Below are positions 53,234-64,000 of a DNA stretch of 64,000 nucleotides, in pieces. The notes beneath the pieces are model-generated. The model had not been told where the DNA came from, did no database searches, and was given only the letters and a program-made list of their open reading frames with translations. Source of the DNA: Eledone cirrhosa. Taxonomy: Eukaryota. The stretch lies in NCBI GenBank assembly GCA_964016885.1, contig OZ024744.1, positions 109,058,001 to 109,122,000 on the forward strand, given 5' to 3'. The position numbers and the translations under genes are program-made. Numbering within the stretch: position 1 is the first letter of the stretch; every line of letters starts with the position of its first letter.

Positions 53234-53581
53234 GGAGGCACATGGCTTAGTGGTTAGAGCATTGGCCTTGCAATCGAAAGGTTGTGAGTTCATTTCTCAG
53301 ACCGAGTGATGTGTTGTTTCCTTGAGCAAGACACTTTATTTCACATTGCTCCAGTTTACTCTGCTGTAGAAATGAGATGATAGGGACTGGGGTCCCTATC
53401 ATTCCACTGCAAAGTGGTCGTGGAGGTGCCACGGCAAAAAAAGCACCCAGCACTCACGGTAAATGAGGTTGGTGTTAGGAAGGGCATCCAGCTGTAGAAA
53501 TCAAGCCAGAATCAGTTCCCGTCCCACCCTTGCAAGCAGGGAAAATTGGACGTAAAATGATGATGATGATGATGATGATGA
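53234..53581 (+). mobile_element. tRNA-derived SINE family 2, full length
   Basis: A box TGGCTTAGTGG, B box GAGTTCATTTC, central ccttgagcaagacactt domain, RTE-like tail ggacgtaaaa(tga)n. Confidence 0.92.
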
Positions 53582-53589
53582 TATATATA

Positions 53590-54535
53590 TCAGTGAGATT
53601 GTGGAGATGTTAGAGAGGAGAAAAGTAGATGTGTGCTGTGTACAAGTGAGGTTGAAAGAGTGGCTCGGTCAAGTTCATCACAGGCAAGGAACACAGGTAC
53701 AAATTCTTCTGTGGAACACAGGTACAAAGGAACACAGGTACAAATGGAGTGGGTGGGACAGGAATGCTCCTTCCTGAGAGATAGGTAGACCAGGTAACTG
53801 AGGTAGTCAGAGTGGTGAGACTAACCTTGAGCAATACTACAGCTACTATATTATCTGTATATTCTCCCCAAACTGCACTTACAGATGAACAGAAGGAACA
53901 CATCTATGAAGCCCCCCCCCCCCCCCCCCCCCCCCCCAAGACTACCCCAATGACAGATGACAGCAGTTTTATGATTGCAAATGGTGACTTCAATGGACAC
54001 ATTGGGAAACATTGTGACAGATTCATAAAGAAATGCAGAGAAACCCCAGTTGCTGGGACCCGTGGAAGAGGTCAACCCAGGAAGATTTGGGATGAGGTTG
54101 TAAAGGCTGACCTTGAAAAAGTAACCCTCACAACAGAAATGACTAAAAACCATAAGGGCTAGTGCTATGCAGTGCTGAAGAGGACCTGACCTGTAATATA
54201 CAATTTGACTTGATCCCCCTCCTCTTCCACAACAGCTTACCAACAGCATTCCCTGACACCACTACAACCCTTACCACACACACCCCATGACCCCACTCCA
54301 CACATGCTCCTAGCACAACTGAAGGGTTAGGAGGACGCTTCAGTTGTGTCAAGGACTTGACAGTCCCCCCCCCCCTCTGCCTGACAGTACATAAGTGAGA
54401 CAACAGATCCCTGGATTGTCTGGGAGATCAGTAGCCCCACTTCAGTACTGACATGGTCTTTGTAGACCCATCCAATCCTTGCTAGCAGGAAAAGCGGATG
54501 TTAAAACAATAACGATGATGATGATGATGATGGTA
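53590..54535 (+). pseudogene. Internally deleted RTE-like LINE (APE endonuclease start fused to the 3' end)
   Basis: RRKVDVCCVQ, ILSVYSPQ, GDFNGHIG, then GRGQPRKIWDEVV and a (GAT)n tail. Confidence 0.8.
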
Positions 54536-54702
54536 TACATACACCCCTGCTTGTCATAGAAGTGACTAAATGGGATTGTGTAAGGAATAGCATCCGGCTT
54601 TAAAAGATTGTCTCAAAAATCCCGACCGACCCTTACCAGCATGGAAAAGTGGACGTATAAATAATGAGGATAGAAATTATGTGTGTATATATATTATATA
54701 TA

Positions 54703-55591
54703 CAGGGTGTGGACGATATTTGTTCGCAAGATTACTGTCTAGGAAAAAATAAGACAGTAGTTTTATTTTTTTAAGATATATTTATCAAACTTGGGTCAGT
54801 TTGTCTTCATGACTTGTTCTTTCGATCTTACTCGATAAACCCGCCATTGGCTTTGATGATGGCCTCAAGGCGGCCTCGGAACCGGCTACAGGCCTTTGTC
54901 ACTGTCCCCCGACTTAGACCCCTAAAAGCACTTGTGATCCTGGCCTTCAGATCGTCTTTCGTATTGCAGTTAGATCTGTTGGTATCTCATTCCACTGCAC
55001 CTCACACAAAGAAGTTGAGGGGGTTGCAGTCAGGCGAGCTGGGAGGCCAGATGTCAGGTGAAGTGGGGTCAACGAAGTTCTCTGACAGCCAGGCTTGGGT
55101 CTTTCGGCTGGTATGGCAGGGCGCTGAGTCTTGCTGCCACACGTACGGCCTACCTGCAGCTACCTGGTCGATCCAGGGCTTTACTACCTCGCTCAGAACG
55201 CAGATGTAGCCATCGGTCTTCAGCTTGAGGCCCTCAGGGAAGAAGTGAGGTGGTGTGACGTCACCTTGACTGCTGCCAACACCTAAGACCAATGTTGTCG
55301 CTGGAAACTTTGTCTGCATGACTCTGGGCACTCTTTGGATGAGACAGCGAGCCCCCTGTTGTTCTGGGAGTTGATCTTATGGTCTTATTTGTCCTCCCGG
55401 CGCGGATTCCAAGAAGAACTCCGTGTCTCTTCCACAAATTTGGAGGTTCAAAATTATTCATAATCAATTATTCTGAAAACAAATAATGGAAATATAGTCA
55501 CTGTTTTTTTGAAGACAAGAGTGACAACGGAAGTAAAAAAAATTTGCATAAAATTAGCAGTTGAAAATTGCGAACAAATATCGTCCGCACC

Positions 55592-55594
<3 letters not shown>
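54703..55594 (-). mobile_element. Defective Tc1/mariner element, DD37D (maT-like), both TIRs present
   Basis: 27-bp TIRs cagggtg(t/c)ggacgatatttgttcgcaa, TA flanks; QQD-x37-N within WPPSSPDCNPLN; deletion and stops. Confidence 0.9.
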
Positions 55595-55663
<69 letters not shown>

Positions 55664-55779
55664 GGTGAGAGACGTGAGACTACACACGGTGTTTGGCAAT
55701 GAAATAGAGACAATATAAGGTTTGAGAGAACTGTTCAGTTTAAGCTATCCTGTGACAACCTTTCCAATGCTGCTTCCAC

Positions 55780-56057
55780 AATAAAACTGCTATCATCATG
55801 GCAAAAATCCTCAAGATACAACCTTATAGGAGGCCAAATTTTACATAGGTGTGAGCTGTAACAACATGATTGGACCAGATCATTAAAACATCTGAGAAAC
55901 CTCCTATATGATACAACTTTGTAAGAGGTCAATTTAACTTATATAGGTGTGAGCTGTAACAACATGATAGGACCAGGTCATTAAAACATCTGAGAAACCT
56001 CCTATATGATACAACTTTGTAAGAGGTCAATTTAACTTATATAGGTGTTAGCTGTAA
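55780..56057. repeat. 98-bp tandem repeat of a dispersed family
   Basis: taggtgt at 55846, 55944 and 56042; relatives at 48880-49190, 52970-53070 and 57920-58025. Confidence 0.8.
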
Positions 56058-56759
56058 ATTTCAGTCTGTGAGTTAGAGAAAAGTTTAAATCAGAAATGGA
56101 ATTGTGAAAATGAGAATAGTTTTGTTTTTTATTTGTTTATTTTGAAGAGGCCTAAAATTATATAAATCCACATGTGTGTTAATCCTTGTAAATCTTATTG
56201 AGTACCTATAGGTCAATCAATGACGGTCTCGTTTTTAATTTGACAGGTATTAATAGCTACTATCAGACTTATCTTATTTCAATAGTTATTAAAATACTCT
56301 ACTAATAAAGTGTAATTAGAGTGATTTAGATTTTTAAAGAAATAAGCAAAAAACCCCAAACAGCTATATTGATCTTTCTACTTTTCTTTCTTGTGTGTTT
56401 ATATGTATGTTTGTGTTGGTGTTGCTGTGTATGTGTGTGTTGTTTGTCTTCACATATGTCTATGTGGGTGTAAGTGCATATGTCTGTGTTGTATGTGTGT
56501 GTATACATGATGTGTTTGTGAGTGTGTATTTGTTTTTTAGACTTTCAGAGAAATATAAATAAAAAAGTCAGAGCATTGGAGAAAATACATTGAGGGATGT
56601 ATCCAATGTCTTTGTGTTTTAGGTTCAAATCCCACTGAGGTCAACTTTGTTTTTCATCCTTTCTGAGTCTATATGATTATGTACTGGTCATGAACTGGGT
56701 CAATTTAATTGACTTCTCCATTCTCTCCAAATTTCTGGCCTAGTGCTTATGTTAGAAAT

Positions 56760-56945
56760 AATTGCTTCTACTTTAGGCACAAGGCCAGCAATTACCCACT
56801 GCATTACTGGTACTTTATTTTATCGACCCCGTAAGGATGAAAGGCAAAGTTAACCTCAGCGGGATTTGAACTCAGATCGTAAAGGGACGTAACTATGCTG
56901 GAAAGCATGGCGTCCGACCCTCTACCGATACTGCCAATCCACCGC
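56760..56945 (-). mobile_element. SINE family 1 with TSD
   Basis: TSD GCTTATGTTAGAAATAAT. Confidence 0.9.
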
Positions 56946-57297
56946 TTATGTTAGAAATAATATAATGGTATGAGCTTCTGTTATTTTCAATGGTGAATAG
57001 TTTTTCAGTCAATGGAAAGCATGCTCCTCATAAAATTAACATATAACTGAGCATTCCACTAACACGTGTACCTTTCACATAATTCTCAGGAAGATTCAGT
57101 GTTACACAGTATGTAACAAGCCAGGATTTTTTTTAAATGACAGACAGTCCATCAAACAGGGTTCCACACAGTTTTTGTCTACCCAATTTCACTCACAAGG
57201 CTATGGTAAATGATACTTGCCCTAGATGTGATGCTGTAGGTTCAAGCCCGATGCCAAATGATTGTGAAGTAAAGTTCTTAACCATTTGACAAGGCTC

Positions 57298-57573
57298 CAT
57301 CATCATCATCATTTCATTTTACGTCCACTTTTCCCTGCTTGCAAGGGTGGGACGGGAACTGATTCTGGCTTTATTTCTACAGCTGGATGCCCTTCCTAAC
57401 ACCAACCTCATTTACAGTGAGTGCTGGGTGCTTTTTTGTCGTGGCACCTCCACGACCACTTTGCAGTGGAATGAGAGGGACCACAGTCCCTATCATCTCA
57501 TTTCTACAGCTGAGTAAACTGGAGCAATGTGAAATAAAGTGTCTTGCTCAAGGAAACAACACATCACCCGGTC
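57298..57573 (-). mobile_element. 5'-truncated SINE family 2
   Basis: Match lacking the tRNA head. Confidence 0.85.
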
Positions 57574-59384
57574 TATTAATATTACATGAAGGCAGTAGAT
57601 TGGCAGAATCATTAGAGCACAGAATAAAATACCATTGTGGCATTTGTTTTAGTTGTTGACATTCTGAGTTCAAATCATACCAAGGTCAACTTTACTTTTC
57701 ATCTTTCTGGGGTCAATAAAATGAAGTACCAGGGAAGTACTGGGGTTGATATTGCTGTTGCTTAACCCCAGATCAACTCTGATTAAAGACCTTCAAGACA
57801 TGGCCATGTAAAGACATGTAATCTAGTATTTAGGGAGTTCATCTCACAATCATAAAGTTTCCTGAATCTGGCAGTATGTTGTGTTCTTGAGCAAGATGCT
57901 TCATTTCACATTGCTTTTCATATGACTGGGGCCCATTTCATTAAAACACCTAAGAAACATCCTATGAGACACAACCTCATAGAAGTCCAGTTAAACCTAC
58001 ATTTGTGTGAGCTATAAAAACAACATATGTGTGTCTGTGTATGCTTGCATGTGTGTGTGTGTATTTCATCCTCTTGTCTTTATGTAATTGGGAGGCTGCT
58101 ATTTTCTAGCAGTTTCAGCAACTGTGTATAGGCTCATTCATTGGTTCACATTTTGAGTTTGTTAACGCTTAACATCTTTTCAAGATTCAGCTGAAAATTT
58201 CTAAAACCAGGTTTGGTTATAATATTTTTCCTAGTGGACAGATTGTTGTGAAAATTTGCAGTATTAGAGTAAAAACTCTAATATTAAATGTGACAAAGTC
58301 ATAGTACTGTTTTGTTCTTTTTAACAATGTTTTGCTAACGTTGTTCTATGTGGTTTGTTAATTCAAATGTTTATAGTGTCTTTGATAGTGGACAGGTTGT
58401 TGTGAACATTTGCAGTATTAGTGTAATAACTTTATTATCTGTTGGTATTCCTGTTTTTACTGGCTGGGAATCCCATTTTAAAAATACATGGTATTTTTTG
58501 TTAAAGAAGATTCAGTATGTATTTTTAGCAGATTGATTTAGCAACCTATTGATCTTGTGATCTTTTGGTGGCAGACAATAAAATAAGAATTAAGAATTAA
58601 TGTGGTTTAAATGTGTGACAGGTGTCACAGATCATACAGGTAAAGAATGCAGACCTTATGACCATGTAAAGGAGAGAAAGATAGCTAGAGCGAGAGAGAG
58701 AGACACAGACCTTATGACGTTGTAAAGGAGAAAAAGATAGCTAGAGAGAGAGAGAGAGAGACCTTATGACCATATAAAGGAGAGAAAGATGGATGGATAT
58801 ATAGCTAGAGAGAGAGAGAGAGAGTAAAGATATATATAAAGATATATATAAAGATATATATAAAGAGAGAGAGTAAAGATATATATAAAGAGAGAGAGGG
58901 AGAGTAAACTGTTAATTGATTTAATATTTTAATAGCTGTTTATCATTTATTATTCTTCCATCCAATCAGTGTGTTGTGTCATTGTGGGGAGGTCACATGA
59001 CCATTGTTATTTTAATTAAGCAACAAAACATTTAAGACTCCTCTTCTGCATCCTCTCTCCTCTCTCTTCTTGCTGAAGGTTGTTTGTAGAATTTCTAAGA
59101 TGAGTTTTGATAACTTTCCTTGCTGATCAATAATAGTATTTCCTTTTATGATTGATTGAAAACCTGATGCTCTACTTAAGGTTGTTTCTTTGGTGTAAAT
59201 TTTCATTTCATATATCTGTTGTACACATCTTTCTGCGACAGGCATTTATACTAGATTGCTGTTGATGTTGTTCTTGTTCTTTAGACCTACTTCTACCACC
59301 ATGTACTATCACACATGGTGAAAGACATAGAGCATGACTACCAAGTCATACTCAATTGTGGACGGAGACCATAGTTTAGTTTAA

Positions 59385-61269
59385 CTCTTAACGTCTTGTA
59401 ATGATTTTGCAGAAGATATATAAAAATGGGATTTGTTAATTCAAATATTTATAGTATCTTTATTAGTAGACAGATTATTGTGAACATTTACTGTATTAGG
59501 ATAAAGACTTCAATATTTAATGAGATGTAGTCATAATGCTGTTGTACTCTTCTAGTGGGGTTTTATGTGGTTTGTTAATTCAAATATTTATAGTATCTTT
59601 ATTAGTAGACAGATTATTGTGAACATTTACTGTATTAGGATAAAGACTTTAATATTTAATGAGGTGTAGTCATAATGCTGTTGTACTCTTCTAGTGGGGT
59701 TTTATGTGGTTTGTTAATTCAAATATTTATAGTATCTTTATTAGTAGACAGATTAGTGTGAACATTTACTGTATTAGGATAAAGACTTTAATATTTAATG
59801 AGATGTAGTCATAATGCTGTTGTACTCTTCTAGTGGGGTTTTATGTGGTTTGTTAATTCAAATATTTATACTATCTTTATTAGTAGACAGATTATTGTGA
59901 ACATTTACTGTATTAGGATAAAGACTTTAATATTTAATGAGGTGTAGTCATAATGCTGTTGTACTCTTCTAGTGGGGTTTTATGTGGTTTGTTAATTCAA
60001 ATATTTATAGTATCTTTATTAGTAGACAGATTATTGTGAACATTTACTGTATTAGGATAAAGACTTTAATATTTAATGAGATGTAGTCATAATGCTGTTG
60101 TACTCTTCTAGTGGGGTTTTATGTGGTTTGTTAATTCAAATATTTATAGTATCTTTATTAGTAGACAGATTATTGTGAACATTTACTGTATTAGGATAAA
60201 GACTTCAATATTTAATGAGATGTAGTCATAATGCTGTTGTACTCTTCTAGTGGGGTTTTATGTGGTTTGTTAATTCAAATATTTATAGTATCTTTATTAG
60301 TAGACAGATTATTGTGAACATTTACTGTATTAGGATAAAGACTTTAATATTTAATGAGGTGTAGTCATAATGCTGTTGTACTCTTCTAGTGGGGTTTTAT
60401 GTGGTTTGTTAATTCAAATATTTATAGTATCTTTATTAGTAGACAGATTATTGTGAACATTTACTGTATTAGGATAAAGACTTTAATATTTAATGAGATG
60501 TAGTCATAATGCTGTTGTACTCTTCTAGTGGGGTTTTATGTGGTTTGTTAATTCAAATATTTATACTATCTTTATTAGTAGACAGATTATTGTGAACATT
60601 TACTGTATTAGGATAAAGACTTTAATATTTAATGAGGTGTAGTCATAATGCTGTTGTACTCTTCTAGTGGGGTTTTATGTGGTTTGTTAATTCAAATATT
60701 TATAGTATCTTTATTAGTAGACAGATTATTGTGAACATTTACTGTATTAGGATAAAGACTTTAATATTTAATGAGATGTAGTCATAATGCTGTTGTACTC
60801 TTCTAGTGGGGTTTTATGTGGTTTGTTAATTCAAATATTTATAGTATCTTTATTAGTAGACAGATTATTGTGAACATTTACTGTATTAGGATAAAGACTT
60901 TAATATTTAATGAGATGTAGTCATAATGCTGTTGTACTCTTCTAGTGGGGTTTTATGTGGTTTGTTAATTCAAATATTTATAGTATCTTTATTAGTAGAC
61001 AGATTATTGTGAACATTTACTGTATTAGGATAAAGACTTTAATATTTAATGAGATGTAGTCATAATGCTGTTGTACTCTTCTAGTGGGGTTTTATGTGGT
61101 TTGTTAATTCAAATATTTATACTATCTTTATTAGTAGACAGATTATTGTGAACATTTACAGTATTACAGTAAAGACTTTAATATTTAATGAGATGTAGTC
61201 ATAGTGATATTTTCTACTTTTCATGAATGTCTTGTTAATGTGGTTTCATGTGGTACAGGATATTAAGAG
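59385..61269. mobile_element. TTAA-flanked MITE whose interior is expanded into a 139-bp satellite
   Basis: TTAA|ctctta...taagag|TTAA; termini match 32587-33064 in reverse. Confidence 0.8.
59431..61205. repeat. 139-bp tandem array, about 12.7 copies
   Basis: caaatatttata recurs at 59442, 59581, 59720 ... 61110. Confidence 0.97.
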
Positions 61270-61289
61270 TTAATGTGGCTAGAGGGGAG

Positions 61290-62570
61290 TGATGATGATG
61301 GCAGTGGTGGTGATAGTGGTGGTGTAGGTTGTGCATGTGGTGATGTAGGTGGTGGCCGTAGTGGTGTAGGTGACCGTGATAGTGTGGTAGTGTGGGTGAC
61401 GGTGGTGGTGTAGGTGACAGTGGTAGTGTAGGTGGTTTAGGTGACAGTGGTAGTGTAGGTGGTTTAGGTGATAGTGGTAGTAGTGGTGATGATAGTGATA
61501 GTGGTGGTTGTGTAGGTGATAGTGGTAGTGTTGGTGGTGTAGATGACTGGTAGTGTAGGTGATAGTGGTGATGATAGTGGTGGTGGTGGTGTAGGTGACA
61601 GTGGTAGTGTTGGTGGTGTAGGTGACAGTGGTAGTGTAGGTGGTGTAGGTGGTAGTGGTAGTGGTGGTGGTGGTGGTGGCAGTGGTGATGTAGGCGATAG
61701 TGGTGGTGATGGTGGCAGTGGTTGTATTGGTGGTGTAGGTGAGTGGTGGTGGTGGTGGTAGCAGTGGTGATGTAGGTGACAGTGGTGGTGGTGTAGGTGG
61801 CAGTGGTTGTGTTGGTGGTGTAGGTGAGTGGTAGCGGTAGTGGTCGGAGTGGTGATGTAGATGACAGTGGTAGTGGTGGCGGTGGTGTTGTAGGTGGTTG
61901 TGTTGGTGGTGTAGGTGAGTGTTAGTGGTGGTGGTGGTAGTGGTGGTGGAAGTGGTGATGTAGATGACAGTGGTAGTGGTGGCGGTGGTGTTGTAGGTGG
62001 TTGTGTTGGTGGTGTAGGTGAGTGTTAGTGGTGGTGGTGGTAGTGGTGGTGGAAGTGGTGATGTAGATGACAGTGGTAGTGGTGGTGGTGGTGGTGGTGG
62101 TGGTGGTGTTGGTGGTGGCAGTGGTTGTGTTGGTTGTGTTGGTGGTGTAGGTGAGTGGTAGCGGTAGTGGTCGGAGTGGTGATGTAGATGTCAGTGGTAG
62201 TGGTGGTGGTGGTGGTGTAGGTGGCAGTGGTTGTGTTGGTGGTGTAGGTGAGTGGTAGTGGTAGTGGTGGTGGTGGTGGTCGGAGTGGTGAAGTAGATGA
62301 CAGTGGTAGTGGTGGTGGTGGTGTAGGTGAGTGGTAGTGGTAGTGGTAGTGGTGGTGGTGATGTAGGCGACAGTGGTAGTGTTGGTGGTGGTGGTGTAGG
62401 TGGCAGTGGTTGTGTTGGTGGTGTAGGTGAGTGGTAGTGATAGTGGTGGTGGTGGTGGTGGTGGTGGTCGGAGTGGTGAAGTAGATGACAGTGGTAGTGG
62501 TGGTGGTGGTGGTGTAGGTGAGTGGTGTAGGTGAGTGGTGGTGGTGGTGGTGGTGTTGGTAGTGATGTTG
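61290..62570. repeat. Degenerate (GGT)n compound repeat
   Basis: Direct reading. Confidence 0.92.
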
Positions 62571-62719
62571 ATGTTAATACTAATTTCTGTATGACCTCGT
62601 TATTCAATTATCTTGTTCTCCCAATTGAAGTACTTACTATTTGATAAGATAAAGGTTAACAGTAGCTTAAGTAGAATATGTGTCTTCATATCTATCTATC
62701 TATATCTATATATATATAC

Positions 62720-62797
<78 letters not shown>

Positions 62798-63119
62798 ACA
62801 AGATACATACATACTGATAACACACACAATACATGCACATACACATCTCGACACATAACACACTCATAGATAGATATTAACATACATATACACACACATA
62901 CATACATATATATATATACATACACACACACATACATACATACATACATACATATACACATAGATACACACTCAACAATTTGATTATAAAATATGGGTTT
63001 TCTATTTCTTTAATTTTTTGTTTTTTTTCCATGAACAAATCAGACGACCGGCACCAGTGGCTCTTAAGATTATTCATAGGTTATAGGTCATAAGTCTATC
63101 ATAGTACAGTCATGTCATA

Positions 63120-64000
63120 AGGGTAGTGACAAGTCATAAGTTGTAGAGTAGTCATATATTATATGTTATAGGTCTATCATAAAGTAGCGACAGGCCATAA
63201 GATATAGAGTAGTCATATGTTATAGGTCTATCATAAAGTAGCGACAGGCCATAAGATATAGAGTAGTCATATGTTATGGCCTGTTGCTACTTTATGATAG
63301 ACCTATAACATATGACTACTCTATATCTTATGGCCTGTCGCTACTTTATGATAGACCTATAACATATGACTACTCTATATCCTATGGCCTGTCTCTACTT
63401 TATGATAGACCTATAACATATGACTACTCTATATCTTATGGCCTGTCGCTACTTTATGATAGACCTATAACATATGACTACTCTATATCTTATGGCCTGT
63501 TGCTACTTTATGATAGACCTATAAGATATAGAGTAGTCATATGTTATAGGTCTATCATAAAGTAGCGACAGGCCATAAGATATAGAGTAGTCATATGTTA
63601 TAGGTCTATCATAAAGTAGAGACAGGCCATAGGATATAGAGTAGTCATATGTTATAGGTCTATCATAAAGTAGCGACAGGCCATAAGATATAGAGTAGTC
63701 ATATGTTATAGGTCTATCATAAAGTAGCGACAGGCCATAAGATATAGAGTAGTCATATGTTATAGGTCTATCATAAAGTAGTGACAGGCCATAAGATATA
63801 GAGTAGTCATATGTTATAGGTCTATCATAAAGTAGTGACAGGCCATAAGATATAGAGTAGTCATATGTTATAGGTCTATCATAAAGTAGCGACAGGCCAT
63901 AAGATATAGAGTAGTCATATGTTATAGGTCTATCATACAGTAGCGACAGGCCATAAAATATAGAGTAGTCATATGTTATAGGTCTATCATAAAGTAGCGA
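63120..64000. repeat. 54-bp satellite with an internal inverted block, continuing past the window end
   Basis: Unit ataagatatagagtagtcatatgttataggtctatcataaagtagcgacaggcc; inverted at 63274-63524. Confidence 0.96.

Noticed and set aside
53234-53310. tRNA gene
   Set aside because: A and B boxes are present but there is no acceptor stem; it is the head of a multicopy SINE
61543-62607. Gly-rich and His/Pro-rich ORFs (also 39154-39742)
   Set aside because: (GGT)n low complexity with frequent stops in neighbouring frames and no splice context

Overview
AT-rich, repeat-dominated animal genomic DNA with no recognisable intact host protein-coding gene. The SINE and LINE families look like those of Octopus (from memory of the families, not a search). 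All long ORFs in the track are translations of micro- or minisatellites. Contents: two tRNA-derived SINE families; decayed RTE-like and RLE-type (R2/R4/Dong-like) LINE pieces; Tc1/mariner remnants, including a DD37D (maT-like) element with both TIRs; TTAA-flanked MITEs; a Helitron Pif1-helicase relic; and at least ten tandem arrays, several grown from TE ends or interiors. The main observation lies between about 11 and 32 kb. Several families of short non-coding elements, nearly all embedded in (TA)n, carry minimal type I hammerhead ribozyme motifs (stem I, CUGANGA, stem II, GAAA, palindromic stem III, UH). They often occur as fold-back pairs in which the inverted arm has an extra tail, several with a polyadenylation signal. 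This matches Penelope-like element pseudo-LTRs or retrozymes, but no Penelope RT or GIY-YIG ORF is present in the window.
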